64,000 nt of DNA. It comes from Nitrospirales bacterium (GTDB lineage Bacteria > Nitrospirota > Nitrospiria > Nitrospirales > UBA8639). Both the position numbers and the translations under genes were made by a program. The DNA is taken from the NCBI GenBank assembly GCA_965223295.1, contig CBDCWC010000003.1, positions 1,536,001 to 1,600,000 on the forward strand, in the 5' to 3' direction. The notes below the pieces were generated by a model that was given only the letters and a program-made list of their open reading frames with translations, was not told the DNA's origin and ran no database searches. This document shows positions 37,958-48,018 of this stretch, piece after piece; within the stretch, counting starts at the first letter, position 1; every line of letters starts with the position of its first letter.

Positions 37958-40900
37958 TCATGTATGAGGTAAAGAGATTGTCGCTAAAAACGTTTCGATT
38001 GCTGCTACGGCTGTTCGAAGCGATTCCATCGTGTCGGTTCCGTTCACCGTCTTCCCTTGACGGCCAACCTGTTCGAGGTCAAACGCGAACTGCCGAAGCT
38101 GTGTGGCTCCGATATTGGCGCAAATTCCCTTGAGGCCGTGTGCCGCATCTGCAAGAGCGTCTGCATTGTTCGTATCAAGAGCGTCCTCGATGGTATTCAC
38201 ACAAGCATGTACATCTTTGACAAATTGTTGGATCATTTGTGTAGCAAAGGCTGGTCCTCCAAGTTCTACCCATTCGTGAAGTCTGTCAAGACCGATTGGA
38301 GATTCTGGGGCTTCATCGACAGCTTCTTGGTCATGTGTAGCAACGAATGTTGGTGCGTTGATATCTGGTTGCGAAGTCAGAAGTGAGTCAGGTAAGGGTA
38401 AAGAAGGTCCGGTTATTGGGCTTTCCTCATGATCGACCGTGAGCCAACGCTCCAATGCTGCTGCTAATTCTTCCTGACGAATTGGTTTCGTCAGATAATC
38501 ATCCATCCCTGCCGCTAAACACTTTTCTCTGTCTCCCGCCATGGCATTAGCGGTCAATGCGATAATCGGAATTCTGGAAAAGTAGGGAGTCACGAGTGAG
38601 GAGTCATGAGTTTCGGAAATACCTGTTTCATATTTCTCGCTCCTAACCTCTGCCGCCGTATCTTTTTCTTTCAAGCTTTCTTCTTCACGGATCCTTCTTG
38701 TCGCTTCGAATCCGTCCATTTCCGGCATTTGGCAGTCCATAAACACAAGGGAATAGGATCCCGTGAGAATGGCATGGATTGCTTCTTTGCCATTGTTGAC
38801 GACATCCGTGGGATACCCGAAACTCTCTAACAACAACACCATGAGTTGCTGATTTACCGCGTGATCATCAGCAACCAGGATTTTCTTTCGTGACTGGCGT
38901 TGGGCCTCTTTGATGGTGTGACGGGTGATCAAGGGTCTGGTTGTGGTGATATGAGTTGAAGGAGAAAATCCCATCACCGCCGCAAGGCTATTGTGAAGAT
39001 CCACTTTACGAATAGGTTTCGTGAGATAGGCGTCAAAGCCAGCCTTTTCGGCATCAAGAGCTTCCCCGCGTTGGGCGACTGATGTGAGTAACATGAATTT
39101 TGTGTCGGCGAGAGAAGGGTCTTGTTTGCATCGCAAGCCAAAATGTATCCCGTCATGCTCGGGAAAGTTCCGATCAATAATCGCAAGGTCAAAGGGGCGT
39201 TCGTTGTGGGCGGCTTCGCGCAGAGCTGAAAGCCCAATTTCTGGATCGCCGGTGGTAAAGGCTTCCATGCCCCAAGTCTCCGCGTATTTCTTAATAAGGA
39301 AAAGATTTGTGGGGTTGTCATCGATGCAACATAATCGTAGCCCTTGTAGGTCTTTTCGTGGAATCCATTCTTGTTGTGGTTGAGCCAGTGGTGTATTTAA
39401 GCGAAGGGAAAACCAAAACAAGGTCCATTCATGGAGTTGGCTTTCAACACCAATTTCACCACCCATGAGGTCAACGAGTTGCTGACAAATGGCCAAGCCA
39501 AGCCCCGTGCCTCCGAATTTACGGGTGGTGGAACTGTCGGCTTGGCTAAAAGCTTGAAACAATCTGCTTTTCGCGTCGGGGGCAATGCCTATTCCGGTAT
39601 CCCAAATATGGAATCGTAATTCAACATCAGTTTCGCTTTCTTCCGCCAATAACACCTGGACACTCACTTCCCCGTGTTTTGTGAACTTAATGGCATTTCC
39701 CAGTAAATTCAAAAGGATTTGGCGGAGCCGTCCGGGATCTCCTCTCAGAAAGGTTGGGACATCGGGAAAAACGAGTCCGGTCAGCTCAAGATCCTTTTTT
39801 GCCGCCCGTTCGGCTAAGAGATCTAAGCTGGCCTCCACCGTGGCATTTAGATCAAAGTCGATGGATTCCAATTCAAGTTTACCTGCCTCAATTTTTGAAA
39901 AATCCAGAATGTCATTGAGCAGAGTCAGAAGGGCTTCAGCCGATCCCTGCACTGTATTGGCCAAGGACAATTGACTAGGGGTCAGTCCAGTTCCCAACAG
40001 TAAGTCAGTCATTCCTAAAATTCCGTTCATGGGTGTACGGATTTCATGACTCATTGTGGCTAAGAACTCTGCTTTGGCTCGAGCGGCTTGGAGTGCGGCA
40101 TCACGGGAGAGCGCTAATTCTTCATTTTTCATCTTAAGATCGTTGGCCATTTCTTGCACCTGTTTGGCAATACGTTCACGTTTGATGATTTCATCTTGCA
40201 GGCGCACGTTGGCATCGGATAACTCAGCTGTTCTTTCTATGACCATGTCAGATAAGTGAGAACGATGCTGATTCAATTCTCTATTCTGCTCCTCAATTTC
40301 TTTGAGCATGGTGTTGAATCCATCAAATAGGGTTCCTATTTCGTCCGGTGCATGGGCTGGGGCACGTAAGGAATAATCTTTATTTTGTGAAATTCGACCA
40401 GCCACTTCTGTCAAACTCACTAAGGGGCCCATGATGACTTTTTGAAGTCGTGCTGAAATAACGAGTGCCAAAAGACCGGAGACAATCATTGCGGCCACGG
40501 TCACCAGGAGTAAGTCTTTCAAATGTTGTTTAAGGGTGTCGAGGTTTGAATGGAGATAGATGAAGCCAACGTGTTCATGGTTGTGAACAATCGGACGGAA
40601 GATTTTTATCGATTCCCATGTCACCTGAGTCTTGAGTTGTCGTTGGGGCTTGTCAAAATATGGAGGCTCTCCCGGGCGGAATTGGGCCAAGATATCACCA
40701 GAGGCTGTATACAAAATGGCTTGCAGAATGGTTGGTTGATGTTCAAAGGCTTCAAGAATTTCCTTTGCGCCTTTAGAATCGTCGAATACCAACGCTGCAG
40801 AGCTGTTTTCACCAACCAAGCTTGCTTGCTCCGTGAGTTCTTTGACCAGAGAATCTCGAATTTGTAAGACATCATTGATGACTAATGCTGAACAAGCAAA

Positions 40901-40996
40901 TAACAGGCTCAGCACCGAAGTCAGCAATAAAATCAAGAAAAATTTTTTCTTGAGTGAGATACGTTGAAAGATTTGAGAAATGGAAAAGGATGCCAT
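37958..40996 (-). CDS. Hybrid sensor kinase: periplasmic CHASE-like domain, HAMP, HisKA, HATPase, REC, REC, Hpt
   Basis: NSSAALVFDD periplasmic motif, [28 protein letters not shown], two receivers, AHGLKG. Confidence 0.93.
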   Translation of the reverse strand: MASFSISQIFQRISLKKKFFLILLLTSVLSLLFACSALVINDVLQIRDSLVKELTEQASLVGENSSAALVFDDSKGAKEILEAFEHQPTILQAILYTASGDILAQFRPGEPPYFDKPQRQLKTQVTWESIKIFRPIVHNHEHVGFIYLHSNLDTLKQHLKDLLLVTVAAMIVSGLLALVISARLQKVIMGPLVSLTEVAGRISQNKDYSLRAPAHAPDEIGTLFDGFNTMLKEIEEQNRELNQHRSHLSDMVIERTAELSDANVRLQDEIIKRERIAKQVQEMANDLKMKNEELALSRDAALQAARAKAEFLATMSHEIRTPMNGILGMTDLLLGTGLTPSQLSLANTVQGSAEALLTLLNDILDFSKIEAGKLELESIDFDLNATVEASLDLLAERAAKKDLELTGLVFPDVPTFLRGDPGRLRQILLNLLGNAIKFTKHGEVSVQVLLAEESETDVELRFHIWDTGIGIAPDAKSRLFQAFSQADSSTTRKFGGTGLGLAICQQLVDLMGGEIGVESQLHEWTLFWFSLRLNTPLAQPQQEWIPRKDLQGLRLCCIDDNPTNLFLIKKYAETWGMEAFTTGDPEIGLSALREAAHNERPFDLAIIDRNFPEHDGIHFGLRCKQDPSLADTKFMLLTSVAQRGEALDAEKAGFDAYLTKPIRKVDLHNSLAAVMGFSPSTHITTTRPLITRHTIKEAQRQSRKKILVADDHAVNQQLMVLLLESFGYPTDVVNNGKEAIHAILTGSYSLVFMDCQMPEMDGFEATRRIREEESLKEKDTAAEVRSEKYETGISETHDSSLVTPYFSRIPIIALTANAMAGDREKCLAAGMDDYLTKPIRQEELAAALERWLTVDHEESPITGPSLPLPDSLLTSQPDINAPTFVATHDQEAVDEAPESPIGLDRLHEWVELGGPAFATQMIQQFVKDVHACVNTIEDALDTNNADALADAAHGLKGICANIGATQLRQFAFDLEQVGRQGKTVNGTDTMESLRTAVAAIETFLATISLPHT
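38580..38650. repeat. Heptamer-period palindromic insert, in frame in a REC domain
   Basis: AAGTAGG GAGTCAC GAGTGAG GAGTCAT GAGTTTC, then a spacer and a degenerate pyrimidine-rich arm. Confidence 0.6.
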
Positions 40997-41002
40997 GAGA
41001 AC

Positions 41003-41551
41003 TTAGGGTGACACGATTTTTGCTAAACGAAGTAACTTTGAACTCATTGCTAATTCGGTTTGTTTGACGGCGTCTGGATTCACCGCAAAGCGGACCTTTT
41101 GATTATCCACGAAAAACTGGACCATCCCTCCCTGCTGAATAAATTCACGAGCTTCACCAATCGTGAGCACATTTCCTTTGTTTTTTTGTCTACTCAGTTC
41201 TTTGAGGGTTGCTGGTCTCGAATTCGTGACATACAGCATGTGACAATACTGAATGTCTTGTTTGGAGGGATTTCGACGTATCTGGAATGGATGACCTGCA
41301 GCCTTTTTGCTTTCTAGATTGTTATCTAGAATTTGACCAAAAGGATCTTTGCCCAGAATGCAAATCCGAAAATGGCCATCTGTTGGCTCGAACGTCGATT
41401 CTGGCCACACCACAAAGTTAGCGAAGTGGTAGAGGAACGCCCCTTTGACTTGATATTCGTCTGGACTCTCAGCCTGGCTGGTGCCCGAGAAGTGGCCTAG
41501 GCTAAGAAGTAGGACTATAATCGAGAGCAATAATCGTGAGGATGGAGACAT
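41003..41551 (-). CDS. YfiR-family (DUF4154) periplasmic protein
   Basis: Signal peptide, EYQVKGAFLYHFANFVVWP, MSSKLLRLA. Confidence 0.92.
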   Translation of the reverse strand: MSPSSRLLLSIIVLLLSLGHFSGTSQAESPDEYQVKGAFLYHFANFVVWPESTFEPTDGHFRICILGKDPFGQILDNNLESKKAAGHPFQIRRNPSKQDIQYCHMLYVTNSRPATLKELSRQKNKGNVLTIGEAREFIQQGGMVQFFVDNQKVRFAVNPDAVKQTELAMSSKLLRLAKIVSP

Positions 41552-41587
41552 ATTCTAACGCGCTTTACCGACTCAAATGTTGGTTTA

Positions 41588-43600
41588 TCAATAGTTCCAG
41601 GTGATTTTCCCGTAAAAGCTCCGCTGTACTTCGGTTGGTTGGGTTGCTAATAACGGAGAAGAGCCGGTTTCTGGATGATGGTTATCTAGGAGATTTTGGC
41701 CAACAAGTGAAATGTCAAGATTTGGCCAAGGTTTCCACCCTAGTCTGAGATCGAGTTCTATGTACCCTGGGATGTTCTGAGCCTTGAGGTTATCCACCAC
41801 ACGGATCCACGAATCGAATTCTACCTGATGGGGAAGTGCGATCAATGAACGCAGGGAGCCTTGATGATGAGGAGTGTTTCCTCCTAGTGTGCTGAGGCTC
41901 GTATTAAGAGGACCATCCACGTCCATGTTGATATAGGAATAGGCTCCACGTATGCGCCACCAGTCTTGCAACTGGATGTCACTTGCGATTTCAAGACCAA
42001 TCGTGTCGACTGTTAAGTTATTGGCAAGCGTGCCAGTGGGGGGAAGGAGGCTGACCGTCTGAGTGCCACGAATATTGTCGTATTGATTGTAGAAACCTGT
42101 GAGATCAAAAGAAAAATGTTCGAACGCACTTAGCCGATAGCCCACCTCAAAGGCCAGAAGTTCCTCGGATTTAAATTCTTGGTTTCCTCTCAAGCGAACG
42201 GGAAATGGTGTGGTGGCATTTGGGGCAAATGTTAGGAGACTATTATCTTCTAAGCGGGACGGAACACGGACCGCCCGAGATACAGTTCCCCACAGATTAT
42301 GTCCTTCAAGGGGAGCCCAGAGGAAACGTCCGCTGGGTTGATATTCAAAACCTGTAAAATCATTGTGAGAAAGTTTTGTGCCGATGGTCACAGTCAATGT
42401 TTCAGGGAGGAGTGTGATTTCATTCTGCAGAAACCCACTGATTAGGTTGAATGAACGGGAATCAGGAAATACCACTGTCCCTGCGGTGTTTTGTAAATCA
42501 TCTACCCAATATCGATATTCCAATCCCCAGAGTAGTTCTTGGTTGGTGGACAGTTCAAAGCGATGTTGGAAGTCCACATCGAAAGAATCAATGGTCGCTT
42601 TCACCGTGTTCTCGTTACGCTCAGTTCGATCATAGAAGAATTGGAGAGCCATATCTGAATCTGAGCTAAATGTGTGTTCCCATCGTGTCAGGAAATGCCC
42701 ACCAGACATCTCAAGGTCTTCATCGCCTGTAGTAAATCCATAAGGAAATGTGGGTGTAGTCGCGACTGTGCTGCGTTGACCACCCTCCATCGTATAGAGC
42801 TCACCTTGTACCATGACCTGATCGCGCGTAGCGGGTGCCCAATCTGTTCGAAATCCACTGCGAAACATGCGAGTATCGTCATGGGCTCCCATTGAGTTAA
42901 AACTGGTATCACGATTGAAATATTTACCAAACAGGCGATAATGGAAATCTTTACCATGGCTCCCGCCTTGCCGAAGTGACACAATGCCTTCTTCCGTTCC
43001 GCCGACCCCACTGACTAAGAGGCCATGAGTCTCTTGGGATTTTTTCGTAATAATATTGATCACACCGTTGACGGCATTGACACCCCAGAGTGCTCCCCCT
43101 GGGCCACGGATGACTTCGATGCGTTCAATGTCTTCCAGGATGGTGTCTTGCGTTTCCCAGGTCACGCCGGCGAAGAGCGGGTTATAAATGGTTCGGCCGT
43201 CAATGAGGACGAGAAGTTTGTTTGTAAAACGTTCGTTGAAACCTCTGGCGCTAATGTTCCATGCATTTTTGCTGTCTCGCGTGACTTGGATGCCGGGAAC
43301 CATCCGAAGCGCTTCCGGGATGCTCGTGGCACCAGATCGGCGAAGATCTTCTTGGGTAATGACAAAGATTGCGGCCGCCGATTCAGAGAGCTTTTGTTTT
43401 TTCTTTGAAACCGAAGTCACTTCGACAGACATCAGCTCTTCAAGGCTCAGTTGAGTAAGGTCGACACTTGCAGGGGCTGTAGGCGATTTGCCTGCAGCGT
43501 TCCCGCCGATGCCAAGAAGCAACAACCCCGTGAATGCCAGCCTCAAACCTATGCCTTGAACGTCGTGAAGAAACCGGAGTTTTCTAGGAATATCTATCAT
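41588..43600 (-). CDS. TonB-dependent receptor
   Basis: LSLEELMSVEVTSVSKK, plug motifs LVLIDGR and IERIEVIRGPGGALWG, aromatic C-terminal strand; GGAGG SD. Confidence 0.94.
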   Translation of the reverse strand: MIDIPRKLRFLHDVQGIGLRLAFTGLLLLGIGGNAAGKSPTAPASVDLTQLSLEELMSVEVTSVSKKKQKLSESAAAIFVITQEDLRRSGATSIPEALRMVPGIQVTRDSKNAWNISARGFNERFTNKLLVLIDGRTIYNPLFAGVTWETQDTILEDIERIEVIRGPGGALWGVNAVNGVINIITKKSQETHGLLVSGVGGTEEGIVSLRQGGSHGKDFHYRLFGKYFNRDTSFNSMGAHDDTRMFRSGFRTDWAPATRDQVMVQGELYTMEGGQRSTVATTPTFPYGFTTGDEDLEMSGGHFLTRWEHTFSSDSDMALQFFYDRTERNENTVKATIDSFDVDFQHRFELSTNQELLWGLEYRYWVDDLQNTAGTVVFPDSRSFNLISGFLQNEITLLPETLTVTIGTKLSHNDFTGFEYQPSGRFLWAPLEGHNLWGTVSRAVRVPSRLEDNSLLTFAPNATTPFPVRLRGNQEFKSEELLAFEVGYRLSAFEHFSFDLTGFYNQYDNIRGTQTVSLLPPTGTLANNLTVDTIGLEIASDIQLQDWWRIRGAYSYINMDVDGPLNTSLSTLGGNTPHHQGSLRSLIALPHQVEFDSWIRVVDNLKAQNIPGYIELDLRLGWKPWPNLDISLVGQNLLDNHHPETGSSPLLATQPTEVQRSFYGKITWNY

Positions 43601-43711
43601 GAATCCTCCATGTCATAGTCACGAAAACATCCTGACCCCACTCTCTTGCTCCAAAGGGTCTCGAAAAAGGGGGCTGGAAATAAGACATTGTTCCAGGTTT
43701 TCCTTATCTTT

Positions 43712-43739
43712 TTGTCGGTTATTGAACGTTGAGACTTAA
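43712..43739 (-). promoter_or_regulatory. Sigma28-like promoter
   Basis: TTAA-N16-ACCGACAA upstream of the TonB receptor operon. Confidence 0.55.
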
Positions 43740-43792
43740 TCTTGGGGATGTCAAAACGAATAAATGTTGTCTGAAGAAAGGTGGCGGAAATT

Positions 43793-43981
43793 GGAGTGTT
43801 GAATAATGAAGATAGCAGGGGCCATATGTCGCCAGGAAGCTGTTTGCTATCAGCAGCATCGGGTCTGTTCAAAAAAGTCGTCCAGCAAGGCCGCAGCCAT
43901 TTTTGCGCGCGGAGCGTACTGGCACTACGTGAGCACGGAAAAATGGCGAGAACGCCGCTGGCGGCTTTTTTCAACAGGCCC
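43793..43981 (-). mobile_element. MITE-like repeat copy C (inverted relative to A, B, D)
   Basis: GGAGTGTTGAATAA ... GGGTCTGTTCAAAAAAG ... TTTTTTCAACAGGCCC. Confidence 0.85.
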
Positions 43982-44109
43982 GAAATTGGTATTTGAGGGG
44001 AAATTGAGAATAGATGATCAAGGATCAATCAGATCATCTTGTCAAGAGCCAACGATGAATTTCACGTCTGTATAGGATGTTTTGAGGAGTGGCTGATGCA
44101 AAAGTATGT

Positions 44110-47100
44110 TTAGGAAGAGAGAGAATTATTGACAGAATTTTCAAGTTCTTCTCGGGTTTGTTGGAAACGGTCATGAATGATTGGTCGAAATGATGAAAGA
44201 GATGGTGTGCCTTCAGCCTTGCAGGCGGTCTCGAGATCCAGAGCCACTTGGGCGAGGGAATGAGCTCCCATGTTCCGCGCGATACCTTTGAGTCCGTGCG
44301 CAGATTCTCGAATTTGGTCGAGGTCGTTGCTGGCGAGTGCGTGTTCAATGAGTGTGACGCAGTGAAAGGCATCCTCCACAAAATTCTGAATCATGGTTTG
44401 AAGAAATTGTTGGCCACCCAGGTCTTCTATCTCCTTCAACGTCTCAAGGTTGATGGTGGATTGGGTGGATGGATTGGTTAGTGAAGAAGCAGACATCATC
44501 GGTTTTTCTGGGCTTGAGGTCTTATTGGGATTTGGCTGAGGCAGCCATGTCTTGAACATGTGTTCTAGCTCTTCTGGTCGAATGGGTTTGCTCAGGTAAT
44601 CATCCATGCCAGCTTCCAGACATTTGTCCCGATCGCCTTGCATAGCATTGGCCGTCATGGCAATGATCGGCACATGGGAGCCGTGAGCAGTGAGGTGTGA
44701 GGAGTCAGCCGTGACAGACAAATCCGTCTCATGCTCATTACTCTTAACTCCTAATTTCTGACTCTTTAGGCGTTCCGCTTCACGGATACTTCTTGTGGCT
44801 TCATACCCGTCCATTTCTGGCATTTGGCAATCCATCAGAACTAGATCATAGGGAATGCGCGAGATAGCTTCTACCGCTTCTTGTCCGTTTCCGGCGACAT
44901 CGGCTTTATACCCCAACCGTTCCACCATTAAGACTCCTAATTGTTGATTGACCTGATGGTCGTCGACGACCAAGATCCGCATGGCTTGTTGTCGTTGGAG
45001 ATCTTTCAGAAAATGAGATGTCACTAATGGTTGGGTCGTTGTCGGGAGGGTTTCAGATACCTGAAATCCCATGACGGTTTCTAAGCAGGCTTGAAGTTGG
45101 GCTTTTCGGATGGGTTTGGTGAGGTACCCTGCAAATCCATATTCCTTTGCTGCAGTGGCATCCCCCGTCTTCCCAGAGAGGTGAGAAGGATGAGGCGCGT
45201 AGCTTGAAGATTTGGATCTGTCTTGATCAATTTTGCCAGTTCAAACCCATCCATATCGGGCATTTCCATATCCAATATGGCCAAATCGTAGGGAGTGCCG
45301 TTTTGAGCTTGTTGCTGAAGGAGAGTGAAGCAATTGCTCGGATGTTTCACTAAAGTGCCTTCCATATTCCAATGTTGAAAATATTGTTCTAAGAGTTGCC
45401 GATTGGTGGGATGATCATCAACCGCACAGACGCGGAGATGTTCCAGGGCTACGGGATCTTGCGAGACAGAGGCTCTCGGGTTTTGCTGTTTTTGAAACCG
45501 CGCAGTAAACCAGAAGGTGCTGCCGCCGGCTTTTCGGCTTTCAACTCCAATATCCCCATCCATGAGGCGGACGAGTTGTCTGCAAATGGCAAGGCCAAGC
45601 CCTGTACCTCCATGTCGTCGGGTGGTGGAACTATCAGCCTGGGAAAAGGGCTTAAACAATTTCGGTAAGATATCTGAAGGGATGCCTTCTCCGGTATCTT
45701 GAATTTCAACACGAACAACAACCTCGTTCTGAGTTTCTTCAATGGAAGAGATCTTTACAATAATTTCACCTGTGGAGGTGAATTTTATGGCATTCCCCGT
45801 GAGGTTCATAAAAATTTGGCGCAACCGTCCGGGATCACCTAGGAGCGCTGTAGGGACATGAGCTGACACTAACCCGACTAATTCCAATTTCTTTTTCCCG
45901 GCGGCCTCGGCCAGTAACTCCAAGGATTCTTCCATTGTAGTACGGAGATCGAAGGGAATCATTTCAAACTCTAATTTCCCTGCTTCGATTTTTGAAAAAT
46001 CAAGAATGTCATTAATAATTTTCAGCAAAGTTTCCCCAGAAGAGCGAACCGTTTCTGCAAATTGCCGTTGCTGGTTCGTTAGGACGGTATCCAAAAGCAA
46101 GCCCGTCATGCCGATGACTCCGTTCATAGGTGTGCGGATTTCATGACTCATCATGGCCAAAAATTGACTTTTGGCGGTTGCTGCCATTTCAGCATGCTCT
46201 TTGGCTTCCTGCAGTTCTTGCTCGTGCTTTTTTCGGTCACTAATGTCACGGATAATGCCGGTAAAAGTGCGACGAGAGCCCACCCTAATTTCACTCACCG
46301 ATAACTCCATAGGAAAGACCGAGTCGTCTTTTCGTTTCCCGACTAATTCGCGAGCTTTCCCAAAAATAACCGATGTCTGATCCTTGAGATATCGTTGGAT
46401 GTATTCATCATGATTTTCTTGATAGGGGGAGGGCATGAGTAGAGACACATTTTCCCCTAAAATTTCTTGGACAGAATACCCAAACATATGTTCTGCAGCG
46501 CTGTTGAAGGATTGGATCAAGCCGGTTTCATTGATTGTAATAATGGCATCGGCGGCGGTTTCAAGGATTCCCCGAATGCGGGCGTCACTTTCTTCCCGAG
46601 CCAGTTCTCCTCGTTTCCGTTCCAACACGCGTCCCAGTTGTGTGCCAATAATTTCTATGACTTCTAACAGCCGGGCATCGGGCTTTTCCACCGAACGGGA
46701 AAAAAATTCTAAGACACCCATGACATGATTTCCCATCATAACGGGAAAGGCCAATCCTCCACGGATCCCCAAATCCTTGGCGGTGTGATTGCGGGGAAAA
46801 TTTGAGTCTTGAGTAATGTCGGGTATCCATACTGCTCGTCTCTGTTGTAACACTCGTCCCGGAAGCCCAACGCCTTTTGAAAAGGTCGTCTGTTCCGTGA
46901 GGGTTTTGAAAGTGCGGAATTCTTGAGGGTGATCCAGATGCCAAATTCCGGAAGTAGTGAGTAAGTCGATATGTTCATCTACGCGAAAATACACGTGTCC
47001 AACCGGCCATTTTGTATAGATACAGATGCGGTCTAGGCTCGCTTGAAACGTTTCCATCACTGATGCCGCTTCGTTGGCGGCTATGGCGACCTGTTGAATG

Positions 47101-47537
47101 AGGTTCATGAGGTCTGTCTTTTGCCGAAGAGCATTTTCCGTATTTTTTTGTTCAGTGAGATCTCGCACGAATGCGTAGAACGAATAGGTGTATTCTTGGA
47201 AAATAGGAATAATGGTCAATTCAATGGGAAACTCGTGGCCGTCTCGATGTAGAGCTGCTAATTTGAGACGCTGATTCACGATGGAGCCCTTTTCCGTGGT
47301 GGCAAATCGTTTCAGTCCGTCCGTGTGAGCTTGTCTGTACTGCTCAGGAATAATGGTGCCTGTGAGAGACTGGCCTATGATTTGATCCTGTGACCATCCA
47401 AAGATGTCTACCGCCGAAGGGTTCCAGGTTGTGACGATGCCCTCATTATTGATCCCAATGATGCCGTCCAGAGCATGATCAACAATCAACCGCATTTCAT
47501 CCCGGTTTTCTTGAAACATAGGAGGTTGAAACATCAT
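44110..47537 (-). pseudogene. Hybrid sensor kinase PAS-GAF-PAS-HisKA-HATPase-REC-REC-Hpt split by a 1-nt deletion at 45162-45166
   Basis: Adding one G to the G5 run restores [37 protein letters not shown], matching the paralogs, and joins ORFs 45081..47537 and 44110..45072. Confidence 0.85.
44681..44764. repeat. Heptamer-period palindromic insert, in frame in a REC domain
   Basis: CCGTGAG CAGTGAG GTGTGAG GAGTCAG CCGTGAC ... ATTACTC TTAACTC CTAATTT CTGACTC. Confidence 0.75.
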
Positions 47538-47612
47538 TGTGCTCTGGGGCTGCCTGTGAGTTGAGATTTCACAAATCCGCCCTCGATTAAAGCCATGAAA
47601 GTTTTCTCTGTC

Positions 47613-47802
47613 GGGTCTGTTGAAAAAAGCCGCCAGCAGCGTTCTCGCCCTTGTTCCGTGCTCATGTCATACCAGTACGCTCCGCGCGCAAACATGGCTG
47701 TGGCCTTGCTGGACGACATTTTTGAACAGCCCCGATGTTGTTGATGGCGAACCGCTTCCGGGCGAAATATGGCCCCCGATATCTTCATTATTCAACACTC
47801 CC
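47613..47802 (+). mobile_element. MITE-like repeat copy D
   Basis: GGGTCTGTTGAAAAAAGCC ... TTTTTGAACAGCCC ... TTATTCAACACTCCC. Confidence 0.85.
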
Positions 47803-47918
47803 CTGTATCACATATTGTTCGACAACGATGTCTTGATAAGTAGAGGACTCCGACTATCGGACATTCCTTGTTACGATATGAGACTAGTGCTGGCTCAATA
47901 GGCTACACCTCATTCTAC

Positions 47919-47946
47919 TTTTCGGTTTTCAGAACTGGGTTCTTAA
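47919..47946 (-). promoter_or_regulatory. Sigma28-like promoter
   Basis: TTAA-N16-ACCGAAAA; a second, weaker match TCAT-N16-TCCGATAG lies at 47854-47881. Confidence 0.55.
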
Positions 47947-48018
47947 AATTGAATGAGGAAGGATGGCAAAGAAATGGGAGAGATGAGAGAAGGGACGGGT
48001 TGAATCGCTGCGTTTGAG

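Noticed and set aside
43597-44075. ORFs 43597..44028, 43781..43996 and 43806..44075, and similar ORFs at 30060..30308, 47534..47788, 47620..47901 and 60016..60198
   Set aside because: They are translations of the MITE-like repeat; their mutual similarity comes from the DNA repeat, and their frames and ends differ between copies.
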